Virus record (IMG/VR): IMGVR_UViG_3300023174_000140
Location: 12,759-76,758 of that record
Origin: a virus
Direction: 5' to 3' (one strand)
Length of the DNA: 64,000 bases
The notes beneath the pieces are model-generated. The model had not been told where the DNA came from and did no database searches. It saw only the letters and a program-made list of their open reading frames with translations. Below, one piece after another: positions 45,073 to 55,504 of the stretch. A program made the translations under genes and the position numbers. The stretch's first letter is position 1. Each line of letters starts with the position of its first letter.

Positions 45073-45077
45073 ATTAT

Positions 45078-46364
45078 ATGCCTAGCACTACTTATTCGTA
45101 TGATGCAGGAACAGACTCTTATTTTGTAACTGGTGGCTGTGGTGATGCTACCATAACTATACCAGATACACATGATGATGGAAGTAATGGGCCTCATCCA
45201 GTAACAAAAATTAATGCCAGCGCTTTTCTAAGCTGCACAAGTTTAGTAACTCTTATAATAGGCAATAACGTAACAACAATTGGAGCTTCTGCTTTTAAAA
45301 GTTGTAGTAATTTAACTTCAGTTACATTTCCTACAAGCAGTTTAACAACAATTGGTAGTAGTGCGTTTTGGGGATCTGGATTGACTAGCGTAGTTATTCC
45401 AAATTCTGTAACAAGTATGTCAGATAGTATATTTGTAGATTGCATTAATTTGGCTAGTGCTACTTTACCAATTAATGGAACGATAAATACCGTTCCTCAA
45501 GGAACATTTGTAAATTGCACATCACTAATATCAATAACTATACCTTCAAATTATACAATAATTGGAACAGATGCATTTACTATATCGGGTTTGCAAACAG
45601 TAGTATTAAATGAAGGATTATTAGATATTAGAACTCAAGCTTTTTATGGGTGTAGATCTTTAAGAGGTACTTTAACTATTCCTAATAGCGTAATAATTAT
45701 TCGCGCTAGAGCATTTGAAAAAACAGGAGCAGCTCCATCTGGATCAAATGAATTTAATGTGGTAATTGGCTCAGGAGCAATAAATCTTCAGTCTCATTGT
45801 TTTTATCAAAGTTATGCTAAAAGTTTTACTTTTATTCCAGGAAATTTAATAACAATTGGTCCTGGAGTTTTTTATGGTTGTATTTATTTAACAAATTTAT
45901 CTATTCCAAATTCTGTAACTACTATAAATCCATATAGTATAGATCCAAATGGTTATGCTTATACAGATGCACCATTTACTGCAACTACTTTAAAAAATTT
46001 AACTATTGGAGATGGATTAGCTATAAGTAACCACGTTACTTTTTCTCAAATATTTGTTGGAGCAAATATATCAAATTTAATACTTGGAAAAAGAATAACT
46101 GCTGTTCAAAATACTTCATTCAGTGAGTCTGGAGTTACATTTAGAAATAATTTAAAATCTATAACTTTTCAAGCAACAATGAGTTCGCTGGGAGCATCTA
46201 CTTTTGGACAAGCTGGTGGGCCAAGCATGTTTAATTTAACTGAAATTTTTTTTAATGACTTTACCACTCCATTTAGTTTTGGCGCAGGAATGTTTGATTA
46301 TCTTGATTATAATGTAAAAGTTTATATTAAACCAAAACAAAACTTAAGGATACTTAAAAAATGA
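45078..46364 (+). CDS. BspA-type leucine-rich repeat (LRR_5) protein
   Basis: Repeats of C..L.S.T.P.SVT.IG..AF. Confidence 0.88.
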   Translation: MPSTTYSYDAGTDSYFVTGGCGDATITIPDTHDDGSNGPHPVTKINASAFLSCTSLVTLIIGNNVTTIGASAFKSCSNLTSVTFPTSSLTTIGSSAFWGSGLTSVVIPNSVTSMSDSIFVDCINLASATLPINGTINTVPQGTFVNCTSLISITIPSNYTIIGTDAFTISGLQTVVLNEGLLDIRTQAFYGCRSLRGTLTIPNSVIIIRARAFEKTGAAPSGSNEFNVVIGSGAINLQSHCFYQSYAKSFTFIPGNLITIGPGVFYGCIYLTNLSIPNSVTTINPYSIDPNGYAYTDAPFTATTLKNLTIGDGLAISNHVTFSQIFVGANISNLILGKRITAVQNTSFSESGVTFRNNLKSITFQATMSSLGASTFGQAGGPSMFNLTEIFFNDFTTPFSFGAGMFDYLDYNVKVYIKPKQNLRILKK

Positions 46365-47365
46365 AAAATATTTCAATTACTCATAAAGGTTTAGGAAAAA
46401 TTAGTGCGAAAAATTTTGCAGATTCTATAAGCTATAATGGTCCAAATTTAATAAAAAATCCTAATTTTGATCAAGATAATTATTATCCTTACGATGGATA
46501 TGATAATAATTATTACGGGAATACTGTTGATGGTTCAGTTATTATGTCTAAATATTTGCATAATTCTCCATTAAGATATGACGCTGGAACTTATGCAACA
46601 TTATTTCGTAAAACTTTTCATGTAGCAAAACCACCATATGATCAATTACCATATGACTCACCATTACAAAAAAGATTCATGAAAATTTTACCAGTTGGAT
46701 ATAGGTATCCATTAATAAACACAGATCTTGGATTAATAAGAACTATTTCAAGTGTATTTTCTCCAGCAAATGGAGCAGGAAATACAGATTTAACAAGTTG
46801 GGTGAAATATTCATCAGAAACAATGGGATCGCAAACTTTTAGCCGTGGAGGATCAAAGTTACCTATATCAATTCCAGCAGAAGCAACAACTGTTAATTTT
46901 GGATGCTCTGTTAGAATAGCGAAAAATGATCAATTAAGACCTAAAAATTTTGGTGGAATATTTATTAATTTTAAAAAATCAACTTATAGAAGTTATGTAA
47001 ATTATATTGCAGTATGTGGAAACGAAGTTCCAACACTTCTAGGAGATAACAATCCATACACAACGTTTGATGCAGATTCTGATTCTAATGCAATGTCTCA
47101 ATGGTTAGGACCAAATACATCAAAAGCAAAAGTAAAAAAATTATCTCAAACCGTTCAAGATGATACTTATGATAGTTGGAGAATTATAAATGGATCTGCT
47201 ACAATACCAACTTTCTCTACAGCAGGTAACGATGCAACAAATGGTAGAGCAGAGTATGTATCTTTGCATATGTATTTCGCAGAAAGTTTTGTTTATTTAA
47301 ATAATAATGATGGCGTTGAAACTGGCGCAATGTTCTTTTATAATCCTTATCTTTATTTTAGTTAA
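46361..47365 (+). CDS. hypothetical protein, possible carbohydrate-binding domain
   Basis: NLIKNPNFD motif. Confidence 0.5.
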   Translation: MKNISITHKGLGKISAKNFADSISYNGPNLIKNPNFDQDNYYPYDGYDNNYYGNTVDGSVIMSKYLHNSPLRYDAGTYATLFRKTFHVAKPPYDQLPYDSPLQKRFMKILPVGYRYPLINTDLGLIRTISSVFSPANGAGNTDLTSWVKYSSETMGSQTFSRGGSKLPISIPAEATTVNFGCSVRIAKNDQLRPKNFGGIFINFKKSTYRSYVNYIAVCGNEVPTLLGDNNPYTTFDADSDSNAMSQWLGPNTSKAKVKKLSQTVQDDTYDSWRIINGSATIPTFSTAGNDATNGRAEYVSLHMYFAESFVYLNNNDGVETGAMFFYNPYLYFS

Positions 47366-47387
47366 AAATCGTGTAATTTAATATACA

Positions 47388-47612
47388 ATGAAAACAAAAG
47401 ATTTCCCAGCAGATTTCATAGCATCTCTAGCTGATTATGTTACAAATGCTGGGCCTGGATATGGTAATGGATTTGTAATGGATACATCTTATGTTCCAGC
47501 AACTTCTACATCTCCAGGAACAGCAGGACAAATTACTGCAGATAGTCAATATCTTTATTTTTGCAAAGCTACTAATCTATGGGTTAGAACAGCTCTAGCT
47601 GAATGGGAATAA
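47388..47612 (+). CDS. short tail-fibre-module protein
   Basis: PATSTSPGTAGQITADSQYLYFCKATNLWVRTALAEW. Confidence 0.65.
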   Translation: MKTKDFPADFIASLADYVTNAGPGYGNGFVMDTSYVPATSTSPGTAGQITADSQYLYFCKATNLWVRTALAEWE

Positions 47613-47613
47613 A

Positions 47614-47889
47614 ATGGGCGAAATTTCTTTTTCTTATAATCAAGCTAAATCAAATCAACTTTTGATTTCTAAAGAAAAAGAAGGATTAGGATATTTATCT
47701 ACTTTTTTTCCAACAACTCTTGCACCTTCACCAGAAGGTGGACTTTTAAATTTATATGATTATAGTTCATATTATCCTACTACCGTATCATCTCTAGGCT
47801 CAAGTGGACAATTAGCTTCAGATGGTGGTTTCATTTATTATGGTGCTGGAACTAATCATTGGATAAGAGTTTCTATGGCTGAATGGTAA
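47614..47889 (+). CDS. short tail-fibre-module protein
   Basis: PTTVSSLGSSGQLASDGGFIYY..GTNHWIRVSMAEW. Confidence 0.6.
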   Translation: MGEISFSYNQAKSNQLLISKEKEGLGYLSTFFPTTLAPSPEGGLLNLYDYSSYYPTTVSSLGSSGQLASDGGFIYYGAGTNHWIRVSMAEW

Positions 47890-47898
47890 AATAATAAA

Positions 47899-48525
47899 AT
47901 GCTCTCAAAAAAATCCTTAGATCTTATATTAGAGTTTGAAGTTGGAGGTGGTGAAAACTATTATAATAAATTTTTAAAAAATCCAACTTGGCCCGAAGGT
48001 CAAAGTGGAGTTACAATTGGGGTAGGTTACGATTTGGGTTATGTTAATAAAGCAGAATTTAGCGAAGATTGGAAAGATCTTCCTAAAGAAGTTTTTGATA
48101 GATTATATAAAGTTGTTGGCATCAAAGGATATAACGCTAAGAATCTTGTTAGAGGATTAAAAGATATTAGTATTCCTTGGGATCTTGCATTAAAAGTTTT
48201 TAATAATAAAACAGTAACAAAGTTCTGGAATTTAACAAAACAAACTTTTCCTAATTTTGATAATCTTCCAGAAGATGCAAAAGGTGGTTTAGTTAGCCTT
48301 GTATTTAACAGAGGAAACGCATTAGAAGGTGATCGCCGCCGAGAAATGAAATTAATAAGAGATGGAATGGCAATAACAACTACTTTTGATCAAAAAGCAT
48401 TATCTTTTATAGCTAATCAAATAAGAAATATGAAAAGAATATGGATTGGTGGTAGTATTGAAAAAGGAATGAGTAGAAGACGAGATGCAGAAGCAAATTT
48501 AATAGAAAATTCATTAAATAATTAA
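47899..48525 (+). CDS. endolysin (lysozyme-fold, GH24/pesticin-like)
   Basis: LILEFEVG...SGVTIGVGYDLG...LVSLVFNRG...G..RRR.AEA.L. Confidence 0.85.
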   Translation: MLSKKSLDLILEFEVGGGENYYNKFLKNPTWPEGQSGVTIGVGYDLGYVNKAEFSEDWKDLPKEVFDRLYKVVGIKGYNAKNLVRGLKDISIPWDLALKVFNNKTVTKFWNLTKQTFPNFDNLPEDAKGGLVSLVFNRGNALEGDRRREMKLIRDGMAITTTFDQKALSFIANQIRNMKRIWIGGSIEKGMSRRRDAEANLIENSLNN

Positions 48526-48573
48526 AATTAATTAAAAATATATGCCCTTTTTGTGTATATTATATATAAGAAT

Positions 48574-49167
48574 ATGAATTACAATTCTGAACAATATGGC
48601 TTTGATTTGATTAAAGCTAAAAGATCTGGTCCAAAGTCATCTGCCCAAACACCATCAAAACCCTCAGAAAGAAAAAAGGGCTCTTCTCGCAATAAGCCTG
48701 GAAGCGCAGGAACAAAGAGTGACAAAGCAATTGAATTTTCAAAAAAAGTTATTGAAGCACTAAAAAATAAAGTAAAAGAACATAATAGTAAAAATAAAAA
48801 GAAAGTAACCCTAGGTCAATTAAAAAAAGTATATCGTCGTGGCGCTGGAGCTTTTTCATCTTCTCATAGACCAGGAAAGACTCGTGGTCAATGGGCGATG
48901 GCTAGAGTAAATATGTTCATTAGAATGGTAAGTGGTAAACCTGTAAAAGATGCATATCGTAAAGCTGATAGCGATATCGCTCGTGCCTCATTTAATGATT
49001 ATACTATTGAAGCTGCATTTGAACCCAATGAAGAAGACTTCTTGCAAGCAGATGAGGACATTAAAAATTTTGATTTAAATGATTTTGATTTTAATAGTGC
49101 TGAAGAATTATATCTAGAAGATGAAGATGATGGTGTAATTATTTACGGACTAGGTAATAATATATAA
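48574..49167 (+). CDS. basic protein with DUF5824-like motif
   Basis: LKKVYRRGAGAF.SSHRPG.TR.QWAMARVN.F. Confidence 0.65.
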   Translation: MNYNSEQYGFDLIKAKRSGPKSSAQTPSKPSERKKGSSRNKPGSAGTKSDKAIEFSKKVIEALKNKVKEHNSKNKKKVTLGQLKKVYRRGAGAFSSSHRPGKTRGQWAMARVNMFIRMVSGKPVKDAYRKADSDIARASFNDYTIEAAFEPNEEDFLQADEDIKNFDLNDFDFNSAEELYLEDEDDGVIIYGLGNNI

Positions 49168-49170
49168 AAT

Positions 49171-50706
49171 ATGAATTTTGAATTCACAACCACATTTGCA
49201 AATTTACAAATTAAACCACTAGTTAGTGAAGAGAAGGATAAATATCTTTCTCTTGCTTCTATTGATAGTTTAAAGAAATTTTTACCAGAAATTAATACAG
49301 AAAAAAATGTAGATCTTCTTCCTATAGCTTTTGATGCATGTGTAGTTAATAGAGTTAATAAAAATGGCGATGTAGTAAATTCATTAACTGCAGGAGAGAT
49401 GCTTAAAGACTTTATAAATAAACCAATTAATGTTGAACACGACAGAACAAAAGTAGTTGGTTGTATATTAACTGCTAGTTTTAGTAAATTTGGTACAAAT
49501 GAAGTTCTTGCCGAAGATCAAGTAAAAGATATGAAAGAGCCATTTTATATTACTCTTGGCGGAGTAATCTGGAAAATTATTAATCCTCAATTATCAAATC
49601 TAATAGAAGAAAGCAATGATCCTTCTAGTGAAAATTATATGAACGTAAGTGCTAGTTGGGAGCTTGGATTTAATGAATACGATTTAGTTCTTATTAATGA
49701 TAATAATAAAAACTTAGAAAATGCTAAATTTGTAACTGATGAAAAAGAAAAAGACAAATTAAAGAAAAATTTAAAAGCTTTTGGTGGTTCTGGTAAAATA
49801 GACAAAAATACATCTATTTATCGCCAAGTACTAGGAAATGTTATTCCACTAGGGATAGGATTAACAGCTAATCCAGCTGCTGATGTACAAGGAGTGGCTA
49901 CCAAAGATGAACAAAGTTTAGAAGTTGAAATTTCTAAACCAGAGGAAAATGACCAAATGTCAGATTCTTCTGATATTAATTGTGAAAATAATATTTCACA
50001 AGACGAAGAAAATACTGTAAATGAAGAAGGAGTTATAAACAGAATAATTATGAAAATAGAAAATATTAATCAAATAACCGATGAGCTTTTGAAGCAAGTA
50101 ACTGCTTCTAGCGTTTCCGATTTTATTCAAGAGGAACTTAAAAAAGCCTCTGAAGCTTTCACAGCTGAAAAGAATGAAAAAGATCTTGCTATCAAAGCTA
50201 CTCAAGAAAAATACGAAGCACTATCTACTGAAAGTGAAAAAGTAAAAGAAGAACTAAAAAAAGTAAAAGCTTCTCTTGCTAAACTTGAAGAAGAAAAAGT
50301 TGCTAAAGCTCAAGAAGAAGCCTTCAATTTAAGAATGGCTGCTTTTGACGAAGAATTTGACCTTTCTGATGAAGATCGTCAAGTTATCGCAACTGATATC
50401 AAAGATTTAAACGATGAATCTTTTGCTGCTTATAAAAATAAGATGGCAGTTCTTATGAAAGAAAAAAATAAAGCTGCTAAAAAAGCAAAAGAAGAAGAAA
50501 TGAAAAAAAGTAAAGCTTCCGAAGTTAAAGAAGAAATTAAAGCTTCAACATCTTCAGAACAATCTGCAACCGAAGTTGTAGATGAAGTTCTCGACAATTC
50601 TAACGTTGAGAAGAATTCAATCCCAAATTCAACAACAGCCGCTGAACTTTCGCTACGTGAAAAATATAGCAAAGCTTTCGGTTTTGAAGGATTTGATATT
50701 AAATAA
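49171..50706 (+). CDS. prohead protease / scaffold protein
   Basis: NKNGD...KPINVEH...SASWELGF...GIGLTANPAADV protease domain, then a coiled-coil scaffold; upstream of capsid genes. Confidence 0.8.
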   Translation: MNFEFTTTFANLQIKPLVSEEKDKYLSLASIDSLKKFLPEINTEKNVDLLPIAFDACVVNRVNKNGDVVNSLTAGEMLKDFINKPINVEHDRTKVVGCILTASFSKFGTNEVLAEDQVKDMKEPFYITLGGVIWKIINPQLSNLIEESNDPSSENYMNVSASWELGFNEYDLVLINDNNKNLENAKFVTDEKEKDKLKKNLKAFGGSGKIDKNTSIYRQVLGNVIPLGIGLTANPAADVQGVATKDEQSLEVEISKPEENDQMSDSSDINCENNISQDEENTVNEEGVINRIIMKIENINQITDELLKQVTASSVSDFIQEELKKASEAFTAEKNEKDLAIKATQEKYEALSTESEKVKEELKKVKASLAKLEEEKVAKAQEEAFNLRMAAFDEEFDLSDEDRQVIATDIKDLNDESFAAYKNKMAVLMKEKNKAAKKAKEEEMKKSKASEVKEEIKASTSSEQSATEVVDEVLDNSNVEKNSIPNSTTAAELSLREKYSKAFGFEGFDIK

Positions 50707-50727
50707 TAAACAAGGAGAAATAAATAT

Positions 50728-51327
50728 ATGGCATTTACATTAAGACCATTAAGAGACTACAGTGAGCATGATGTAGTCAACTTCTTTGCCGTTCAAGCAG
50801 ATCAAGACGCCAATGGCGTTATTGCTCTAGCAGGCACAGTAGTTAAAGTCACAGGAAACGGTTTTCAACCAGTTGTAGCTTCTACAACTCCAGGTGGAAC
50901 AGGATTTCTTGGAACAGTACCAGTTGATTTAGGCGCCAGTCTTGGAGTTCCAGGACTAAGCAACGTCGTTTCTAACCGTTATACTGTAAACGCAAAAGTT
51001 GCACCAGCTGTTCGCAGTGATGCAGCACCACTAGGAATTACCCTAATGAGCACTCAAGAGCTTGATGAAAATGGTGAAAAACTAATTTTCAAACCTCGCA
51101 AAGCTGCCGAAAAGGGAGTAGCCATCAGTGGTCAAGCAGTACCAGTTCTAACTAAAGGCGTAGTAGTTTATAGTGGAACTAATATTGCTAATACAGCCAA
51201 TGTTGGCGATGGAGTTTATGTATCAACAAGTGCTGGCGAATTGAGCACAAGCTCAGGCCCAGTTAAAGTTGGTACCCTACTAAGCAAGCCAGTTAATAAC
51301 GTTGCTTTAATCAAACTCAGCTTCTAA
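50728..51327 (+). CDS. putative capsid decoration/cement protein
   Basis: Between scaffold and MCP; AAGGAG SD; beta-rich. Confidence 0.65.
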   Translation: MAFTLRPLRDYSEHDVVNFFAVQADQDANGVIALAGTVVKVTGNGFQPVVASTTPGGTGFLGTVPVDLGASLGVPGLSNVVSNRYTVNAKVAPAVRSDAAPLGITLMSTQELDENGEKLIFKPRKAAEKGVAISGQAVPVLTKGVVVYSGTNIANTANVGDGVYVSTSAGELSTSSGPVKVGTLLSKPVNNVALIKLSF

Positions 51328-51347
51328 TTTAAGGAGAATTATAGAAA

Positions 51348-52454
51348 ATGAAAATCAAATTAAAAAATACACCAGAGCAAGTTGAGCTTGTAAAAGCTAT
51401 GGGTAGCAGAGATGTTACAGTAGCTCGTGAAGCCACCGAAGCTTTTGCCGCTTTCATTGGACCAGTAGTAGCCAAGGTTCTAATGCAAGCTGGTACAGCC
51501 AGTGCAATTTACACTGATGCACCTTATGATGAAGATGATAATCCCAGTATTCCTCTTGATCTATGGTTTGATCAAGCCCAAGATTATGTTACAGTTTGGA
51601 GTCAAAATGTAGCAGGTGGATTACCTTCTTCAGCAGTTGAAGGATTCAGTGAATTGAAAGTTTCTACATATCGTTTAGATACAGCAGTCAGCTTCCTAAA
51701 GCGTTATGCTCGTCGTGGACGTATTGATGTAGTAAGCAAAGCAGTAGAGAGAATGAGCAATGAAGTTCTCGTAAAACAAGAACGTAATGCTTGGGCAGTA
51801 GTATTAAAAGCCCTTGCAGAAGCTCGTACTCCAGCCGTTGGCACAAACAATGGACAAAGTGGTAGTCATATTACCAGAGCTGCAGCAGCTGGTGCATTTG
51901 GATTAGGTGATCTAAACAGTCTAATGACACTAGTAAAAAGAATTAATACTTCTTATGCTGGTGGCACAACTGATAGTTCTTATGGCCTAACCGATTTATT
52001 CGTTAGTCCTGAGATCAAAGCAGATATCCGTGCATTTGCTTACCAACCAATGAGTATTACTACTAGTGCTAATACTTTGCCAACAACCTTGACAAATCTT
52101 CCAGATGGAGTTCGTGAAGAAATCTATCGTGGTGCAGGAGCTCAAGAACTTTATGGAGTAACACTTCATGAACTCGTTGAACTTGGCGTTGGAGCAAAAT
52201 ATAACGCTCTATTTGATGCTTTCAAAGGCACACAACCTTTTGATAGCGTTACAAATGAAATTCTAGTAGGTCTTGATCTAAGCAGAGAAGGCTTTATCCG
52301 CCCAATCGCTCGTCAAGCCGAATCAGGTTCAACATTCAGCGTTCTTCCAGACGATCAATTCGTTGCTCGTTCTGAGAAAACTGGTTTCTACGGTTCTCTC
52401 GAAGAGGGTCGCGTTTGTATTGATGCCCGTACAGTTGCAGGATTAATTGTCTAA
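51348..52454 (+). CDS. major capsid protein (HK97-fold)
   Basis: Synteny, strong SD, high-expression codon bias, 368 aa, followed by a terminator. Confidence 0.8.
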   Translation: MKIKLKNTPEQVELVKAMGSRDVTVAREATEAFAAFIGPVVAKVLMQAGTASAIYTDAPYDEDDNPSIPLDLWFDQAQDYVTVWSQNVAGGLPSSAVEGFSELKVSTYRLDTAVSFLKRYARRGRIDVVSKAVERMSNEVLVKQERNAWAVVLKALAEARTPAVGTNNGQSGSHITRAAAAGAFGLGDLNSLMTLVKRINTSYAGGTTDSSYGLTDLFVSPEIKADIRAFAYQPMSITTSANTLPTTLTNLPDGVREEIYRGAGAQELYGVTLHELVELGVGAKYNALFDAFKGTQPFDSVTNEILVGLDLSREGFIRPIARQAESGSTFSVLPDDQFVARSEKTGFYGSLEEGRVCIDARTVAGLIV

Positions 52455-52473
52455 TTAATAATTAGATTAATTT

Positions 52474-52512
52474 AAAGACCCAGTAGGATAATCCCTACTG
52501 GGTCTTTTTTTT
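52474..52512 (+). terminator. Rho-independent terminator
   Basis: AAAGACCCAGTAGG-ATAATC-CCTACTGGGTCTTT followed by a T-run. Confidence 0.9.
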
Positions 52513-52574
52513 AAATAAATATTAGAAATTAACGCTATTAGATTTATAATATATTAAGGAGATTATTTACATTT

Positions 52575-52922
52575 ATGCCTAGAAAATCAATAAAATTAGA
52601 AGACCTTTCCCAAACTCATGGAAAATTAGAGAATATTCAATATAAAACATTAGATCAAATTTGGGGTGATACTGGATCAGGAAAATATTCAACGAATAAT
52701 GAAAAGGAATATTTGAATTTTCTAAATGATTTAAATAAGAGCGATTTACAAGCTCATGCAAATAAAGTTGGTTTAGTTCCAATTGATAATAGAGAGACTC
52801 TTACTAAAAGATTAGTTGCTGAATTTAAAAAATTCACTTCACTTTATAAAATTCCAAAAAATATAGAAAACAAAGCTAATTTAAGTAAAAGGACAAAAGA
52901 TATTTTGTCAGAAGGCAAGTAG
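52575..52922 (+). CDS. hypothetical protein
   Basis: AAGGAG SD; follows MCP. Confidence 0.65.
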   Translation: MPRKSIKLEDLSQTHGKLENIQYKTLDQIWGDTGSGKYSTNNEKEYLNFLNDLNKSDLQAHANKVGLVPIDNRETLTKRLVAEFKKFTSLYKIPKNIENKANLSKRTKDILSEGK

Positions 52923-52975
52923 TCCTAAAAAAACTTTTATTTTGTTAAAATAAAAGTGTAATTTAGCTATAAGAA

Positions 52976-54466
52976 ATGAAGACAGATAAAAGATCTTATT
53001 TGCAAGTTTTTGATAACCAAAAAAATTCATTCACAGAATTAGATAGATTTTCTAGTGGTATTTATTTATCTTATAATGATGTTGATCGAAATAGCGATAA
53101 TCCTAGCGAAAGACTTGCTTATAGTGGTTTAAATATACCCTTCTTTAAAACAGATACGATTACTGCTTACCCAGTTTTAATAGGACAATTAATAACAAGT
53201 GTTGGTCCTGGAATTAATATAGGCCAATGGAATAGAACAGATTCTCCGTATTTTATGAGATATACTGGAGATGGCCCAGAAATTACTATAGGAAGTTCAA
53301 ATTTTCTACTCTCTGGTATAGAAAATATGACGATGGGTAATTTCAATATGACATATCAATCAAAACTGATTAATGTATATGGTAAAGCAAATTATGCAGA
53401 TAATTCAAATTATTCATATATTATAGGTTCATATAATTATCTCTCTGGAATTAGTTTATCAAATACTTTTGGTAAAAATAATATTTTATGGGCAAATAAT
53501 AATGTAGAACAATACAAACAAGGAAATCCTTCTGTATTTACTGGTTGGGCATCCTATATGATAAATACAATAGGCGATTATAATAACATAACAAATGGAG
53601 CAGTAGAATTAACTTCAGTAGGTAATTATAATCAATTTACAAATAGTTATAATGTTCGTTCTTATGGAAATTATAATAATTCAATTTCTGCAACGGGTTT
53701 TGATAATTTAATTTTAGGAAATAGAAATAATTTAAATGTTACTTTTGATGGAACTGCTATAGGTAATGAAAATACTTTATCAAATTCTAATGGAGATTTA
53801 ATTTTTGGTAAAATTAATAACTCATTTGGTGGTTATTATAATTATGTATTTGGAAAAAGCAATACATTAAAAACAAATTCCGAAAATATTCTAATCGGAA
53901 GTTTAAATACAATTTTAGGAAGCTATAATCAAATATTCGGAAGAAGTATAACAAATTTTTCAAATAGTCTTTATGACACTGTTATTGGTGATACTAATTT
54001 TTTAAGTGGAACTTATAGTAATTATATAATTGGATCAAATAATACATCTGATTCAAGTATTTTACTTGAATTAGCAGCTACGAATTATCCATTTTTAACT
54101 GGTAAATTTATTAATAATGGTGCTATTACTGGCGAAGGTGGAGATTATAATTTTTACTTAGGTAATAGCATTAGAGGAAGCATGAATGACAATACTTTCT
54201 CAATTGGTGAAGCGAGTAATTTAATAAATAATTATAGAACATATTCTGTTGGTAGAAATAACCAACTTGTTTCAAATCAAAATTCATATGTGTTTGGTTA
54301 TAATAACCAAATTACAGGATCATCAAATGCAATATTTGTAGGATTTAATTTTATTAGTGGTACAGCTGGCGAAGGTATAAAAGGAGTTGGTATAAAAATA
54401 ACTCCTAATGGAGTAGATATATACGGAACTCTGAAGGTCAATGGCACCACAATGAATGTGCCTTAA
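52976..54466 (+). CDS. tail fibre/adhesin with G-x-x-N beta-roll repeats
   Basis: Repeated (I/F)G..N. Confidence 0.7.
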   Translation: MKTDKRSYLQVFDNQKNSFTELDRFSSGIYLSYNDVDRNSDNPSERLAYSGLNIPFFKTDTITAYPVLIGQLITSVGPGINIGQWNRTDSPYFMRYTGDGPEITIGSSNFLLSGIENMTMGNFNMTYQSKLINVYGKANYADNSNYSYIIGSYNYLSGISLSNTFGKNNILWANNNVEQYKQGNPSVFTGWASYMINTIGDYNNITNGAVELTSVGNYNQFTNSYNVRSYGNYNNSISATGFDNLILGNRNNLNVTFDGTAIGNENTLSNSNGDLIFGKINNSFGGYYNYVFGKSNTLKTNSENILIGSLNTILGSYNQIFGRSITNFSNSLYDTVIGDTNFLSGTYSNYIIGSNNTSDSSILLELAATNYPFLTGKFINNGAITGEGGDYNFYLGNSIRGSMNDNTFSIGEASNLINNYRTYSVGRNNQLVSNQNSYVFGYNNQITGSSNAIFVGFNFISGTAGEGIKGVGIKITPNGVDIYGTLKVNGTTMNVP

Positions 54467-54534
54467 GCTCTAAAATAATCTTTCATTATTTTTTCTTTTT
54501 AATTAAATTATAAATCCTACGTGTAATTTATTAT

Positions 54535-54909
54535 ATGGCCACTTCATATAATATAAATACTATTCAAGGAGACTATTTACAACTTTCATTAAGAGTAAGA
54601 GATTCTAATAACAATCCAATAAATTTAAGTGGATATGGTGTTAGAGGAGTTGTAAAATATGCTTATGGATACACAGGCGATCAACAAGTTTTAGTTAATT
54701 TAAATCCATTTATTGTTTCTGGTAATAATGGGTCTTACTATCCATCTGGGATAGTAAATATAAACGTAGAATCTTATACAACCGCAAGTATTCCAGTAGG
54801 AACTTTTGTTTATGATATAGAACGATTTCCTTATGGAGTACCAACTGGTAATTCTATAAAACTAATTAGAGGAAAGTTCATTGTAAGTCCAGAAGTAACA
54901 TCTTTTTAA
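54535..54909 (+). CDS. BppU-N-like virion protein
   Basis: I.QGD......D....PINLSGY...YDIE...G.F.VSPEVT. Confidence 0.6.
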   Translation: MATSYNINTIQGDYLQLSLRVRDSNNNPINLSGYGVRGVVKYAYGYTGDQQVLVNLNPFIVSGNNGSYYPSGIVNINVESYTTASIPVGTFVYDIERFPYGVPTGNSIKLIRGKFIVSPEVTSF

Positions 54910-54913
54910 TTTT

Positions 54914-55471
54914 ATGGCAGATGTAATCGTAGATGTAATTTTGCCAAATGCGATAACCACGGATGTAACTTCTCCGAGTTACCCTACAAACGCTAACGTA
55001 TTTATTCCTGGAGCAGATGGTCCTCAAGGTCCAATTGGTCCAGCAGGACCATCAGGAAGTTCTGATGTATTTAAAGTAATAAAAGTAAGTGGACAAGGAG
55101 ACTTAATTCCTACTGGAACAGAAACTTTAGAATTTATTGCTGGCACAGGAATTTCAATACTAACTAATACAAATAAAAATCCTTACAAATCAATCAAAAT
55201 TGATGCATCTCCTTTAAGTGGATATTTTGAAAGCGAGAACATAGTTGGTTACAAAGCAAATCTAACTGCTGGATCTGATAATTATTACATATCATATCCA
55301 ACAGTATTAAATACTGCTCCAAAATCAGTTGTTTGCACTTTTCAGAATACAATAGATGATATGGCTTATTATTTTACTGTTGGATCAATAACTAATGCTG
55401 GATTTTATATAAATTTTAGTGATAATCTTTTAAATAATGGATATTACTTAAATATTCAAGTTAAAAAATAA
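54914..55471 (+). CDS. virion protein with short collagen-like repeat
   Basis: GADGPQGPIGPAGPSG. Confidence 0.65.
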   Translation: MADVIVDVILPNAITTDVTSPSYPTNANVFIPGADGPQGPIGPAGPSGSSDVFKVIKVSGQGDLIPTGTETLEFIAGTGISILTNTNKNPYKSIKIDASPLSGYFESENIVGYKANLTAGSDNYYISYPTVLNTAPKSVVCTFQNTIDDMAYYFTVGSITNAGFYINFSDNLLNNGYYLNIQVKK

Positions 55472-55504
55472 AAAAATGTGTAATAATATGAAAGGAATTA
55501 AACT

